A stretch of DNA of 59,500 nucleotides, taken from positions 1-59,500 of the forward strand of contig DATIJQ010000024.1 of assembly GCA_035478375.1 (NCBI GenBank), given 5' to 3'. Source of the DNA: Candidatus Saccharimonas sp. Its GTDB lineage: Bacteria > Patescibacteriota > Saccharimonadia > Saccharimonadales > EFPC-124. Positions 27,546-36,641 of the stretch are shown piece by piece. Each line of letters starts with the position of its first letter. Position 1 is the first letter of the stretch. A model generated the notes under the pieces. That model was not told where the DNA came from and did not search any database. It was given only the letters and a program-made list of their open reading frames with translations. A program made the translations under genes and the position numbers.

Positions 27546-27584
27546 CCCCAGGCCCGAACCGCACATGGCGGCAGGGCGCTGGGG
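27546..27584 (-). terminator. Terminator hairpin of the 27604-28089 orphan
   Basis: CCCCAGGCCC ... GGGC(G)CTGGGG. On the minus strand it is followed by UUUUG. It shares the 13-mer CAAAACCCCAGGC with the 27003 hairpin. Confidence 0.6.
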
Positions 27585-27603
27585 ATTGTCAGAACTTGGG
27601 TGC

Positions 27604-28089
27604 TCAGGGCAAGCGGAGCCGGTCGGCCCAGCTGCCCCTGGGGTCGTCGCGGGGGTCGTGCTTGGTGCCGACGAGGCAGCGCCAGAAGAGTTCAGCTGTC
27701 TCGAGGGTCATGCCGGGCATGGCGATGATCGCGCGCATGGAGGCGATCAGTTTGGGGTCGTCGCGTTCCGCGTAGAACACGGTCAGGCGCTCGGCCACGT
27801 TGCGCGCGTGTGGCAGGTTGAGGTCGCACGCGAGGCGATGTGCCTTGTCCAGGTAGTTGAGCGCCGCGGTGCGGTTTTCTTTGTCGCTGAGGCACCAGGC
27901 CAGCAGGATCAGCAACCAGGTGCGCTCGACGGGCCGGGCTTCTGTGGACACTGCCCTGCTCAGCCGGTTTTCGAAGCCCTCCGGTACGTTTCTGCCTTCG
28001 AACATCATCATGACCCAGGTGTGGATCTTGCCTTCGGACAGTTCGGTGTCGGCCACGTCTGTGGTCAGATTGAGCCGTTCGTCGGTCAC
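27604..28089 (-). CDS. Hypothetical protein (very GC-rich island orphan)
   Basis: 161 aa. GTG start after GGGAG. The balanced amino-acid composition contrasts with the G/A/R/V-biased shadow ORF 27565-28128 on the plus strand. Confidence 0.5.
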   Translation of the reverse strand: MTDERLNLTTDVADTELSEGKIHTWVMMMFEGRNVPEGFENRLSRAVSTEARPVERTWLLILLAWCLSDKENRTAALNYLDKAHRLACDLNLPHARNVAERLTVFYAERDDPKLIASMRAIIAMPGMTLETAELFWRCLVGTKHDPRDDPRGSWADRLRLP

Positions 28090-28213
28090 TTCATCTCCCT
28101 CTCACGAGTAGTTCTGACAATAATATAATAACATAAAAACCTTAATAAATCAATTGCGGCGCTTGCAAAACCGCCAACGCTCCCGCACAATATGGAATGA
28201 AACAGGAGACTTT

Positions 28214-28678
28214 ATGGGATTTTTCGGCGCTTTAGGCAAAATTTTGCAAGGCAAACCAGTATTTACGGCGGGGCAGGGGAATGCAGCACAACCAGGAGCA
28301 CCAGTGGTCTCATCAACAAGCGGCAAGGTGTTCCCGCAAGTTTCGATCGAGCACGTGGAGTGCCGCACAAACGGTGGTGGCATGGATATTGACGCGTTCA
28401 TCCAAAATTACTCCCAAGGTCAAGTACAACTAGACAAGATAGAATTATTTGGGCATACCACGCAAGTTCCTGTTTTTTTGCGCCCAGGTGAGGACCGCGA
28501 ACAGCGCATTTACGACGGCCCGCGCCCAACCGCCACTAACCAACCAAACCTCGAACTTTACTATAAAGATGCAAGCGGCGATTACTTTTGCGCCGACCAT
28601 TATGTAGAGTTCACTCAACAAGCCGACCGCACCTACACGGTGCAACGCATCCGCTTTTTGCGCGTGCGTGATGTGTAA
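28214..28678 (+). CDS. Hypothetical protein upstream of ABC transporter
   Basis: ATG 28214 lies 4 nt after AGGAGA (28204-28209). 154 aa with no recognisable motif. Confidence 0.5.
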   Translation: MGFFGALGKILQGKPVFTAGQGNAAQPGAPVVSSTSGKVFPQVSIEHVECRTNGGGMDIDAFIQNYSQGQVQLDKIELFGHTTQVPVFLRPGEDREQRIYDGPRPTATNQPNLELYYKDASGDYFCADHYVEFTQQADRTYTVQRIRFLRVRDV

Positions 28679-28702
28679 AAAGCCTGTATAATTACCGAAG
28701 TT

Positions 28703-29683
28703 ATGCATGCCATTACTGTTAAAGGTGTTTCAAAACATTTTAGCTTCAGTACCCACAAAGGGCTGAAGGGTTTTTTGAACCCCACAAAAAAGCAGGTTGT
28801 TGCCGTCGATAACGTCAGCTTTACCATTAATAAAGGCGAAGCCGTGGCATTTATTGGACCCAACGGTGCTGGCAAAAGTACGACTATTAAAATGTTAAGT
28901 GGTATTTTGCAGCCGACAAGCGGCGAGGTGAGTGTGCTTGGCCTAAACCCGCTTGCCGAGCGCCGACAGCTCGCCATGAAGATCGGCACCGTTTTTGGCC
29001 AACGCTCGCAGCTGGTGTTTAATTTACCGCTGACCGAAAGTTTTAACCTCACCGCCGCCATGTACCAAGTGCCCGACAACGTTGCCGCTGAACGCATCGC
29101 CAAGTTGGTCACTCAATTTAGCTTGGCCGAATTTATTGACCAACCCGTGCGCAAACTTAGCTTAGGCCAACGCATGCGTGCCGAAGTCGCCAACGCGCTT
29201 ATTCATAACCCCGAAATTATCTTTTTGGATGAGCCAACTATTGGACTCGATATTGTGGCAAAACGCGCCCTGCGCGATGTCATTAAAACGGTCAACCGCG
29301 AGCAGGGGACAACCGTATTTTTGACCAGCCACGATGTCGGCGACATCGAAGAAGTCTGCGAACGCACCATGATCGTCAACCATGGCAAAATCATGCTCGA
29401 CGCCAAAACCGCTGACCTCAAAACAGATTATTTGCGCACAAAAACGGTCAGCATTGTGCCCGAAGGACCGTTGCCAAAAAGCTGTACGGTCGCTGGTATT
29501 GCGGCGCGCGAAGTCGAAGGTCGTTTAGTTTTTGACATAGACACTCGCACCATAACGCTCAAAAAATTTATGGCTGCGTTGCTCGATGCGCAAGACATCG
29601 CCGACATTACTATTGCCGACACGCCACTCGAGGATATAATCCACGAGCTGTACACCAAAGGACAAACCCATGAGCCAGCTTAA
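28703..29683 (+). CDS. ABC transporter ATP-binding protein (ABC-2 / COG4586-like)
   Basis: Walker A GPNGAGKST, signature LSLGQRMR, Walker B IIFLDEPT, plus a C-terminal extension of about 90 aa. Confidence 0.88.
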   Translation: MHAITVKGVSKHFSFSTHKGLKGFLNPTKKQVVAVDNVSFTINKGEAVAFIGPNGAGKSTTIKMLSGILQPTSGEVSVLGLNPLAERRQLAMKIGTVFGQRSQLVFNLPLTESFNLTAAMYQVPDNVAAERIAKLVTQFSLAEFIDQPVRKLSLGQRMRAEVANALIHNPEIIFLDEPTIGLDIVAKRALRDVIKTVNREQGTTVFLTSHDVGDIEEVCERTMIVNHGKIMLDAKTADLKTDYLRTKTVSIVPEGPLPKSCTVAGIAAREVEGRLVFDIDTRTITLKKFMAALLDAQDIADITIADTPLEDIIHELYTKGQTHEPA

Positions 29684-30470
29684 AGCCTATTGGCGCGTGT
29701 TTACGGCGGCTGCGCGCGAAGACCGGGCAAACCCAAAGCGACTTTTATCGGCCACCATCCAAAATGTGTGCCGCGTGTTTTTGGTGGTCGAAATTTACCG
29801 TGTGGCGTACGCAGTTAGCGGCAACCACACACTGCCATTTGCCAATGCTATGTGGACAATTGCGCTATGCTTTGCGTTCTTTTTGAACCTGGGCATTCGT
29901 AATATGTACATTCCGGTTGAGATCGAAATTAAGAGTGGTACAGTCGAAACAAGCCTCATAAATCCGCTTGACTGGCGGTTGGTTAAATTCGCGCAGTTGC
30001 TTGGCAAAAATAGTTTGGAATTTTTAGTGCAGCTTATTGTTGTGCCCATTGTTTTGTTGCTGATGATCGGGCCACCGAATGTTGCCCACCTCACACCGGC
30101 GCTGGTTTTGTTATTTGGCGTGCTGGCGGTTATGTCGGTTGTTACTGCGGCCGCATTATTTATGACTGTCGGCTTGGCGGCATTTTGGTTGAATGATGCA
30201 AAGTCGGTCTTTCGTATTATCGATAAAATGGCGCTTATTTGCTGCGGCACATTTGTGCCACTGGCTCTTTTACCAGATGTTATGCAGCAGATTGTACGTT
30301 TTACGCCGTTCTTTATTTACGCTGCACCAACGCGCATTTTTGATCCGACTGCCGAGCGCGCGTTGATACCAACCATAATATCGGGCGTTATTTGGACGTT
30401 TGGTATGCTGGCAATTTGCGAATTTGTGTGGCGGCGCGCCAACAAAAAAATGGAGGTTAATGGTGGCTAA
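29670..30470 (+). CDS. ABC-2 type permease (DUF990-like), subunit 1
   Basis: 266 aa with about 6 TM helices. Overlaps the ATPase gene end. Confidence 0.65.
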   Translation: MSQLKAYWRVFTAAAREDRANPKRLLSATIQNVCRVFLVVEIYRVAYAVSGNHTLPFANAMWTIALCFAFFLNLGIRNMYIPVEIEIKSGTVETSLINPLDWRLVKFAQLLGKNSLEFLVQLIVVPIVLLLMIGPPNVAHLTPALVLLFGVLAVMSVVTAAALFMTVGLAAFWLNDAKSVFRIIDKMALICCGTFVPLALLPDVMQQIVRFTPFFIYAAPTRIFDPTAERALIPTIISGVIWTFGMLAICEFVWRRANKKMEVNGG

Positions 30471-31272
30471 TTTTGCCGACATAAAACACGACCTGCGCAT
30501 CTACTGGCTGAGTTGGCGCACGCAGTACAAAGCCGCCACAAAGCTGCGCGGCGCGTTCGCCTTGCAAGTTATTGGTATGATTATTAACAACATTGGCTTA
30601 CTGATTGCTTGGTGGTTCTTATTCCAGCACTTTGGCACCATTAACGGCTGGTCATCGACCGATTTAGTGGGCGTGCAAGCCGTAAACATGCTGGTTTTTG
30701 GTATTACTATTTTGTCGAGCACCGGGTTTTTTGAACTGCCGCGATATGTCGACCAAGGTTCGTTTGACACATTTATTACCAAGCCCGTCGGACTACTCGC
30801 GCAAATTGCCAGCAGCGCAATCGAAATTAGTTGTATGGGCGACGTCATTTTAGGCACCGTTCTTATCGTGTGGTACATAATTATTGCGCACGCCAGCTTG
30901 GTGGCAATCGCGCTGTTTTTGCTTGCAATGTGCCTCGGCATTTTAATTATGTGGTGTTTTACACTGCTGCCATTTTTGCTGGCGTTTTACATGGTCGATA
31001 GCGAACGGGTGAGCCGTAACATTGCATTCTTCTTTTTAGACACTGGCCTGTACCCAACGGGCATTTTAACGGGTGGCTTGCGCACCATTTTGCTGACTGT
31101 TTTTCCGGGCTTATTTATTGGCGCCGTGCCGCTTAACGTACTGCGCGGCATTGGTTGGAACGTGCTGTTTATTGGCGTGGTGGTTGCCGCAGCCTGGCTA
31201 TTTATTTCGCTCAAATTATTTAAACGGGCCGTACAAAAGTACGAAAGTGCTAACTTGGTAGGCGCGAGGTAG
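30460..31272 (+). CDS. ABC-2 type permease (DUF990-like), subunit 2
   Basis: MVANFADIKHDLRIYWLSWRTQYK followed by about 6 TM helices. Overlaps the preceding permease by 11 nt. Confidence 0.65.
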   Translation: MVANFADIKHDLRIYWLSWRTQYKAATKLRGAFALQVIGMIINNIGLLIAWWFLFQHFGTINGWSSTDLVGVQAVNMLVFGITILSSTGFFELPRYVDQGSFDTFITKPVGLLAQIASSAIEISCMGDVILGTVLIVWYIIIAHASLVAIALFLLAMCLGILIMWCFTLLPFLLAFYMVDSERVSRNIAFFFLDTGLYPTGILTGGLRTILLTVFPGLFIGAVPLNVLRGIGWNVLFIGVVVAAAWLFISLKLFKRAVQKYESANLVGAR

Positions 31273-31285
31273 TATAGTTTAAGTT

Positions 31286-32026
31286 ATGACAGCAAACGAT
31301 GTACTAAAAGCTCTCAAAGCAGCTGCTAATGCCGACGATGCTATTTTTTTGCAGCGCTTTTTTAAAACCGGCAAAGGTCAGTATGGTGAGGGTGACGTTT
31401 TTATTGGTGCGCGCATGCCGGCGCTGCGGATTGTTTGTAAAAAATATACCGACTTGCCACACGCCGAAATACAAAAATTGTTTGACAGCGATATCCATGA
31501 ATGCCGCATGGCCGCCGCCGTTATTTTGGCATACCAATACCCAAAGACCGACCTGCCGGGCAAAAAAGCTATCTTCGATTTATATGTAAAAAACGTTTTG
31601 GCCGGACGCGTAAACAATTGGGATATTGTAGATGTCACTGCCGAAAACGTTATTGGCCGCCATTTGTACGAGCAAAATTTGCCGCGCGACATATTGTTTA
31701 AACTCGCGCGTTCGGGCAATATTTGGCAACGCCGCGTGGGCATTATGAGCAGTTTTTACTTCTTTAAAAATGGTGATGGCGATTACAAAACTACATTAGA
31801 ACTTTGCGAAATTTTGCTGCACGACACTCACAATTTAATCCAAAAAGTCGTTGGCTGGATGCTACGCGAAATCGGCAAACGTGTGGACCGCAAAATTTTA
31901 CTTAAATTTTTAGACGAACACGCTGCCACCATGCCGCGCACAACTCTGCGTTATGCAATTGAACATTTACCACCCGAACAAAAGCAATTTTATATGAGGC
32001 AAAAAAGTGAGAGAAATCGAAATTAA
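31286..32026 (+). CDS. DNA alkylation repair protein (AlkD-like HEAT-repeat family)
   Basis: FLQRFFKTGKGQYGEGDVFIGARMPALR ... NNWDIVD ... WQRRVGIMSSF match the DNA_alkylation family pattern. Confidence 0.7.
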   Translation: MTANDVLKALKAAANADDAIFLQRFFKTGKGQYGEGDVFIGARMPALRIVCKKYTDLPHAEIQKLFDSDIHECRMAAAVILAYQYPKTDLPGKKAIFDLYVKNVLAGRVNNWDIVDVTAENVIGRHLYEQNLPRDILFKLARSGNIWQRRVGIMSSFYFFKNGDGDYKTTLELCEILLHDTHNLIQKVVGWMLREIGKRVDRKILLKFLDEHAATMPRTTLRYAIEHLPPEQKQFYMRQKSERNRN

Positions 32027-32540
32027 AGCCCGCGTACGTGACCAAAAAATGCTCGAAACAAAGCTAGCCGAACTCGGCATAAAGTTAGGCAAACCCAAAA
32101 CTCACCACGACGTTGTGTTTTGCAAACCGGGCCAAAAAGATTACCAAAAGGGGAGTATTTGGCTGCGGCTGCGCACCGAAAATGGCAAAAAAGTTATTTG
32201 GACGCTTAAGGCAGACACCGGCACGAAACTCGATAGCATCGAACACGAAGTAGAAGTAAGCAACGGAAATGAACTCGAAAAAATGCTGCGCCTTATGGGC
32301 AATAACATGTACAGCGACCTCACAAAAACGCGTCGCAAAGCCGCCATTGGCGAGGTAGAAATCTGCCTCGATAATGTTGACGGGCTTGGCACATACATCG
32401 AAGTCGAAAGATTAGTCGCGCCAGACGCCGATGGCGATGCGGTGCGGGCTGAGCTGTGGGAATTGCTTGCAAAACTCGGCATCACCAAGGCTGACCAAGA
32501 AGAGCTTGGCTATGACGTATTACTAAAGCGGGCGTCTTAG
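32007..32540 (+). CDS. CYTH-domain protein (CyaB/ThTPase-like triphosphate tunnel enzyme)
   Basis: The N-terminal EIEIKARV (ExExK) motif, EHEVEV, and GTYIEVE strands are present. GTG start overlaps the previous gene. Confidence 0.7.
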   Translation: MREIEIKARVRDQKMLETKLAELGIKLGKPKTHHDVVFCKPGQKDYQKGSIWLRLRTENGKKVIWTLKADTGTKLDSIEHEVEVSNGNELEKMLRLMGNNMYSDLTKTRRKAAIGEVEICLDNVDGLGTYIEVERLVAPDADGDAVRAELWELLAKLGITKADQEELGYDVLLKRAS

Positions 32541-32543
32541 ACG

Positions 32544-33110
32544 GTGCGCGATCTTTTACCATACATTTCGGCCGTTCTTACATTTGTTGCGGTTGCGCCG
32601 TATTTGCGTGACACAATAAAAGGTAAGACACGTCCAAATATTGTAACCTGGTCTACGTGGACGCTGCTGACTGTTATAAACACAGTCATCGCGGTCAATG
32701 CTGGTGCTTGGCAGACGGCGATCTTTTCGATTGGCGCAACGCTCGCCACCGGTTCGATTATGATCGTTGGCTTTACCCGCGGCATTAAAAAATACACAAT
32801 GTTTGATATTGTTTGCCAGTTGTTCGCATTATGCGGCATCCCATTATGGCTACTAACCGGTCAGCCAGCACTAGCGGTCTTTATTTTAATGTGTGTCGAT
32901 TTTGCCGGCGGTCTACCGACACTACGCCATGCCTGGAGATCACCTGGCGAAGAGACATGGCAGACGTTTGCAATTAGTGCATTTGCAGGCAGTTTAACTG
33001 TGGTGAGTCTGTCGCAATACAATTTTGTTTCGCTAGCGATGCCGCTGTATATTACGCTTTTTGATGCGGTCATGCTATATATCGTTTTATATCGTCGCCG
33101 CGTGTCATAA
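32544..33110 (+). CDS. 6-TM membrane protein, paralog of 36627-37223
   Basis: Blocks shared with the paralog: KGKTRPN vs RGKTRPQ, KKYTMFDIVCQLFALCGI vs KKFDLVCACICITGI, DFAGGLPTL vs DFAAVLPAL, PLYITLFDAVMLYIVLYRR vs PLYLCVVNALFVGVILFRR. Confidence 0.6.
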   Translation: MRDLLPYISAVLTFVAVAPYLRDTIKGKTRPNIVTWSTWTLLTVINTVIAVNAGAWQTAIFSIGATLATGSIMIVGFTRGIKKYTMFDIVCQLFALCGIPLWLLTGQPALAVFILMCVDFAGGLPTLRHAWRSPGEETWQTFAISAFAGSLTVVSLSQYNFVSLAMPLYITLFDAVMLYIVLYRRRVS

Positions 33111-33157
33111 CATTTTAAGGTTCTCGTCGCTGCCTTTACCCAGTATAATAAGCGTAT

Positions 33158-33622
33158 ATGCCACTTGTGAGTGCCGGAATTTTAGTTTACCGCAAAAACC
33201 CTACCTTAGAGGTATTTTTAGTCCACCCTGGCGGTCCGTACTGGACAAAAAAAGACGATGGTATTTGGTCGATTCCAAAAGGCCAAGTCGACGAAAATGA
33301 AGAAAGACTAACCGCCGCCAAGCGCGAATTTACCGAAGAAACCGGCTTTGCCGTCCCACCCGGTAACTTACTCAATTTAGGCAGTGCTGAATACGTTTCT
33401 AAAAACAAAAAGGTACACGCTTGGGCAGTCAAGGGTGATCTTGACGCAAGCGCAATTAAAAGCATGATGCTAACTATTGAATGGCCGCCGCGCACTGGCA
33501 AGCAGCTCAAATTCCCCGAATGTGACAAAGCGGGGTGGTTCACTATTCCAACCGCTTTGCAAAAAATTGTCAAAGGGCAGGCGCCACTGCTTGAGCGTCT
33601 TGCGGTCGAGGTAGGTAACTAA
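33158..33622 (+). CDS. NUDIX hydrolase
   Basis: The Nudix box is GQVDENEERLTAAKREFTEETGF (GX5EX7REUXEEXGU). Confidence 0.85.
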   Translation: MPLVSAGILVYRKNPTLEVFLVHPGGPYWTKKDDGIWSIPKGQVDENEERLTAAKREFTEETGFAVPPGNLLNLGSAEYVSKNKKVHAWAVKGDLDASAIKSMMLTIEWPPRTGKQLKFPECDKAGWFTIPTALQKIVKGQAPLLERLAVEVGN

Positions 33623-35772
33623 TGTTTGGCCGATTATTCCGCGCTGTGTACTACCGCGCCGACGAATTATTGGTCGTTGCAGCTGTCATTATTGGAGCAG
33701 CGTTGTATTATGCGCCAAGCGTTATGGATCATCTTTCGAGCACTGGTTTTGTCCCGAATGGTGCAGAATCTACCCAGGTTCGTGATGCAATTAACACAAC
33801 TTTTAGCAAAGATAAACCAACGCTTATTGTATTAGCTGAAGGCGACGCCGATGTAGATTCGACTGCATTTAAGACTGCAATAACGGATGTAGAAAAACAA
33901 ATAAAACAAGCTAGCCCGAATGTTACAAATGTACAGGATTTTTACTCAACACAGCAGCAAGCCTTACTAGCTAAAGACGGCAAAGGTACGCTGGTACTTG
34001 TTAGTATTAATGGTGATATAGCTCAGCAGCAGACCGTTTCGGCCCACATTCGCGATGCTGTAAAAAGCAATTTACGCTTGAGCTTTGCGGGTGAAGCAAT
34101 TCTAAACCACGATATAACCGCTCAAATTAACAGCGACCTTAGCCGCGCCGAAATTGTATCATTTGCTATCTTGGCCGTGTTGCTAATAATTGTTTTCCGT
34201 GGCGTTGTGGCTGCTGTGCTGCCGCTCATTTTAGGTGGCTTTAGCGTGTTGGTTGCGTTTTTGGTGTTACGCGGGTTGGTCGAATTTACTACTGTCGTTG
34301 AGTACGCGCTAAACGTTATTGTTTTGATTGGCTTGGGTCTGGCCGTTGATTATTCGCTCCTTATGGTTAGTCGATTCAGGGAGGAGCTCGTCGCCCAAAA
34401 AGGCGACATTGCCGAAGCGCTGCGCATCACTATGCAATCCGCAGGCCGCACGATTTTCTTTAGCGGTTTGACAGTGATCATTAGTTTGTTGGCGCTAACT
34501 GTTTTCCCACTCGATTTTTTGCGAAGCATGGGACTTGGCGGCGCAGCGGCCGTGCTTGTTGCTATGGGTGGTGCACTGATCGTTCTGCCGTCGTTGTTGC
34601 GCGTACTTGGCCACCGCGTTAATTGGCTATCGTTTGGCCACGTCAAAGCAATGCATAAAGCAGCGCGGGCAGGAGAGGTAATCGCCGAAAAAAATAGTAT
34701 TTGGCGTAAAACCGGTGCGTTTTTTATGCACTGGGCAATTCCCACGCTGGTTGTTGTACTTGTCGTGTTGCTTGGCGCTGGCTCGCCGTTTTTACGTGCC
34801 CATTTAGCAACGCCAGACTATACAGTTTTGCCGGCTGACAGTCCTGTGCGTATTTCTACCGAAAAACTACAGCACGATTTTGCGTTTAGTGATTCGCCAA
34901 TCCAAATTGTATACACAACCGATTACCCAGGCGTCGAAACACCTGCGGCTTTGGCCGAGCTACACGACTATACAACAGCAGTCAGCAATGTTCCTGGAAT
35001 TACCTCTGTTACGTTGGCCTCAAAACCAATCGGCAAAAGTATTGTTTTGGATGCACGGTTCGATGACACTGCAATGTCGGCCGATGCCCAGAATCTTGTA
35101 AAAGCTGTACGCGACCAAACCGCACCGCAGGCCTCAGTAAAAGTTGGCGGTGCCACAGCAGAATTGGTTGATTTGCTGGCGACACTGACAAAATACATTC
35201 CGTATGCGCTGGCAATTATTGCCATCGCGCTGTTTGTGCTGTTGTTTTTCATGCTCGGTAGCTTAGTTTTGCCCTTGGTCGCCATGGTACAAAATGTGTT
35301 GAGTTTGGCTGCATCGTTTGGTATGCTTGTTCTTATTTTCCAAGATGGCCATTTGGCGCAATTGCTGCACACCAATGCAAGTGGCGCCATTGATGCCACG
35401 CAGCCGGTACTTATTTTTGCAGTCGCGTTTGGTTTGTCTATGGATTATTCGTTATTTTTGTATGGCCGCATAAAAGAAGAACATGATCACGGCGCTGACC
35501 CGCGCGCCGCCGTACTAGGTGGTTTACAAAAAACGGGTGGCATTATTACGTCTGCCGCAGTGTTGCTGTTTGTAGTGGTCGTGGCGTTTGCTTCGTCGCA
35601 AATAAGCATTATGCAACAGATCGGCGTCGGTTTGGCCTTAGCAATTTTGGTTGACGCATTTTTAGTACGCATGGTTATGGTGCCAGCGACAATGCGGCTG
35701 CTGGGGCGTGCTGCTTGGTGGGCACCAAAGCTACTTAAACGGTTACAGGCGCGGGTGGGTTTAAGCGATTAA
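33622..35772 (+). CDS. MMPL/RND-superfamily membrane transporter
   Basis: 716 aa with two 6-TM bundles, each preceded by a soluble loop. GLGLAVDYSLLMVSRFREE and FGLSMDYSLFLYGRIKEE are the duplicated MMPL motifs. Confidence 0.85.
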   Translation: MFGRLFRAVYYRADELLVVAAVIIGAALYYAPSVMDHLSSTGFVPNGAESTQVRDAINTTFSKDKPTLIVLAEGDADVDSTAFKTAITDVEKQIKQASPNVTNVQDFYSTQQQALLAKDGKGTLVLVSINGDIAQQQTVSAHIRDAVKSNLRLSFAGEAILNHDITAQINSDLSRAEIVSFAILAVLLIIVFRGVVAAVLPLILGGFSVLVAFLVLRGLVEFTTVVEYALNVIVLIGLGLAVDYSLLMVSRFREELVAQKGDIAEALRITMQSAGRTIFFSGLTVIISLLALTVFPLDFLRSMGLGGAAAVLVAMGGALIVLPSLLRVLGHRVNWLSFGHVKAMHKAARAGEVIAEKNSIWRKTGAFFMHWAIPTLVVVLVVLLGAGSPFLRAHLATPDYTVLPADSPVRISTEKLQHDFAFSDSPIQIVYTTDYPGVETPAALAELHDYTTAVSNVPGITSVTLASKPIGKSIVLDARFDDTAMSADAQNLVKAVRDQTAPQASVKVGGATAELVDLLATLTKYIPYALAIIAIALFVLLFFMLGSLVLPLVAMVQNVLSLAASFGMLVLIFQDGHLAQLLHTNASGAIDATQPVLIFAVAFGLSMDYSLFLYGRIKEEHDHGADPRAAVLGGLQKTGGIITSAAVLLFVVVVAFASSQISIMQQIGVGLALAILVDAFLVRMVMVPATMRLLGRAAWWAPKLLKRLQARVGLSD

Positions 35773-36548
35773 ATTATTTCGAGTGGTTCACCAAGTCGCC
35801 ACATTGCATCGAACAATTGGCGCATCATGGCATGCAGGCTAGGGTGCTGAATTTCGACTGCCTGCATGGCGCCTGCAGTGTAATCTAAAAGTGTTACAAC
35901 GTCATTATACAAATACATTTCAAACTGAATTTGTAATGTTTTTTGGTCCACGCGACGGTAAAACGTACGGCTTGGTGCAAACGGTCCGATGTTATCGGCC
36001 GTAACTTTTGTGGCATTTGTAAGATCGTAACTGGTAATATTGCGTTCTATGACGCGTTCGCGGAATCGTTTAACAAAGGCTGGGTCGAGGTGCTCCGAAA
36101 TATGGGCTGTTTCGAACACGCAAAATTCACCCTCGGCTTTTGTGAGGTTCCAATTAGCCTGTTTAATACCGGCTAAACCGTAGTAATGGCGAACAGTGGC
36201 TTGCGGCGCGGCGCTGCCCGCAAGGTTACGCAAAAGGGAAGCCATAGCGTTAAGGTCGGTCCGCAGTGCAGTTACTTCGGCTTCTTTTGCCGCGATTGCG
36301 TTGTCTAAATTTTGCAGTGGGAGGCTGCGAAAAAGTGTGCCGTAGCTGAGCTGTTCAGCGCTCACCAAGCCCTTTGTTTGCAGGATTTCAAGGTAACGGT
36401 AAACCTGCGTACGGCTCACGCCCGTTTGTTTGGCCAATTGTAGCGCCGATGTTGGGCCAGTTTGGGTGAGTTCTATATAAAATGCGGCCGCCATGGGGTC
36501 AATATCGATTTTTTGAAGATAACTTTGGAGTTGCTGCAAAGGGTCCAT
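35769..36548 (-). CDS. TrmB-family transcriptional regulator
   Basis: The N-terminal wHTH is PTSALQLAKQTGVSRTQVYRYLEILQTKGLVS. Divergent from the membrane paralog, with palindromic operators in the spacer. Confidence 0.8.
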   Translation of the reverse strand: MDPLQQLQSYLQKIDIDPMAAAFYIELTQTGPTSALQLAKQTGVSRTQVYRYLEILQTKGLVSAEQLSYGTLFRSLPLQNLDNAIAAKEAEVTALRTDLNAMASLLRNLAGSAAPQATVRHYYGLAGIKQANWNLTKAEGEFCVFETAHISEHLDPAFVKRFRERVIERNITSYDLTNATKVTADNIGPFAPSRTFYRRVDQKTLQIQFEMYLYNDVVTLLDYTAGAMQAVEIQHPSLHAMMRQLFDAMWRLGEPLEII

Positions 36549-36641
36549 ATGTTTAGTGTACTACTTGTCCGTATTTTTGGACACATGGTTGTGCTATCTG
36601 TGCAAAAGTTTGTACACTATGTCCAAATGTTAGGACATAGT
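36549..36641. promoter_or_regulatory. Divergent TrmB / membrane-protein control region with two TGTCC-N8-GGACA palindromes
   Basis: IR1 is TGTCC(36566-36570)-N8-GGACA(36579-36583). IR2 is ACTATGTCC(36616-36624)-N8-GGACATAGT(36633-36641), and it overlaps the -10 TACACT (36613-36618) and ATG 36627. The -10 for the regulator is the complement of 36555-36560. Confidence 0.6.

Larger units (their letters stand above)
26998..27553. repeat. Exact 13-nt direct repeat CAAAACCCCAGGC flanking the 27042-27518 orphan
   Basis: Copies are at 26998-27010 and 27541-27553. Each forms the 5' half of a terminator hairpin. Confidence 0.7.

Noticed and set aside
27565-28128. 187-aa plus-strand ORF
   Set aside because: It has a G/A/R/V-dominated composition typical of an antisense shadow ORF in GC-rich DNA. 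The minus-strand ORF 27604-28089 has a balanced composition, an SD and a terminator.
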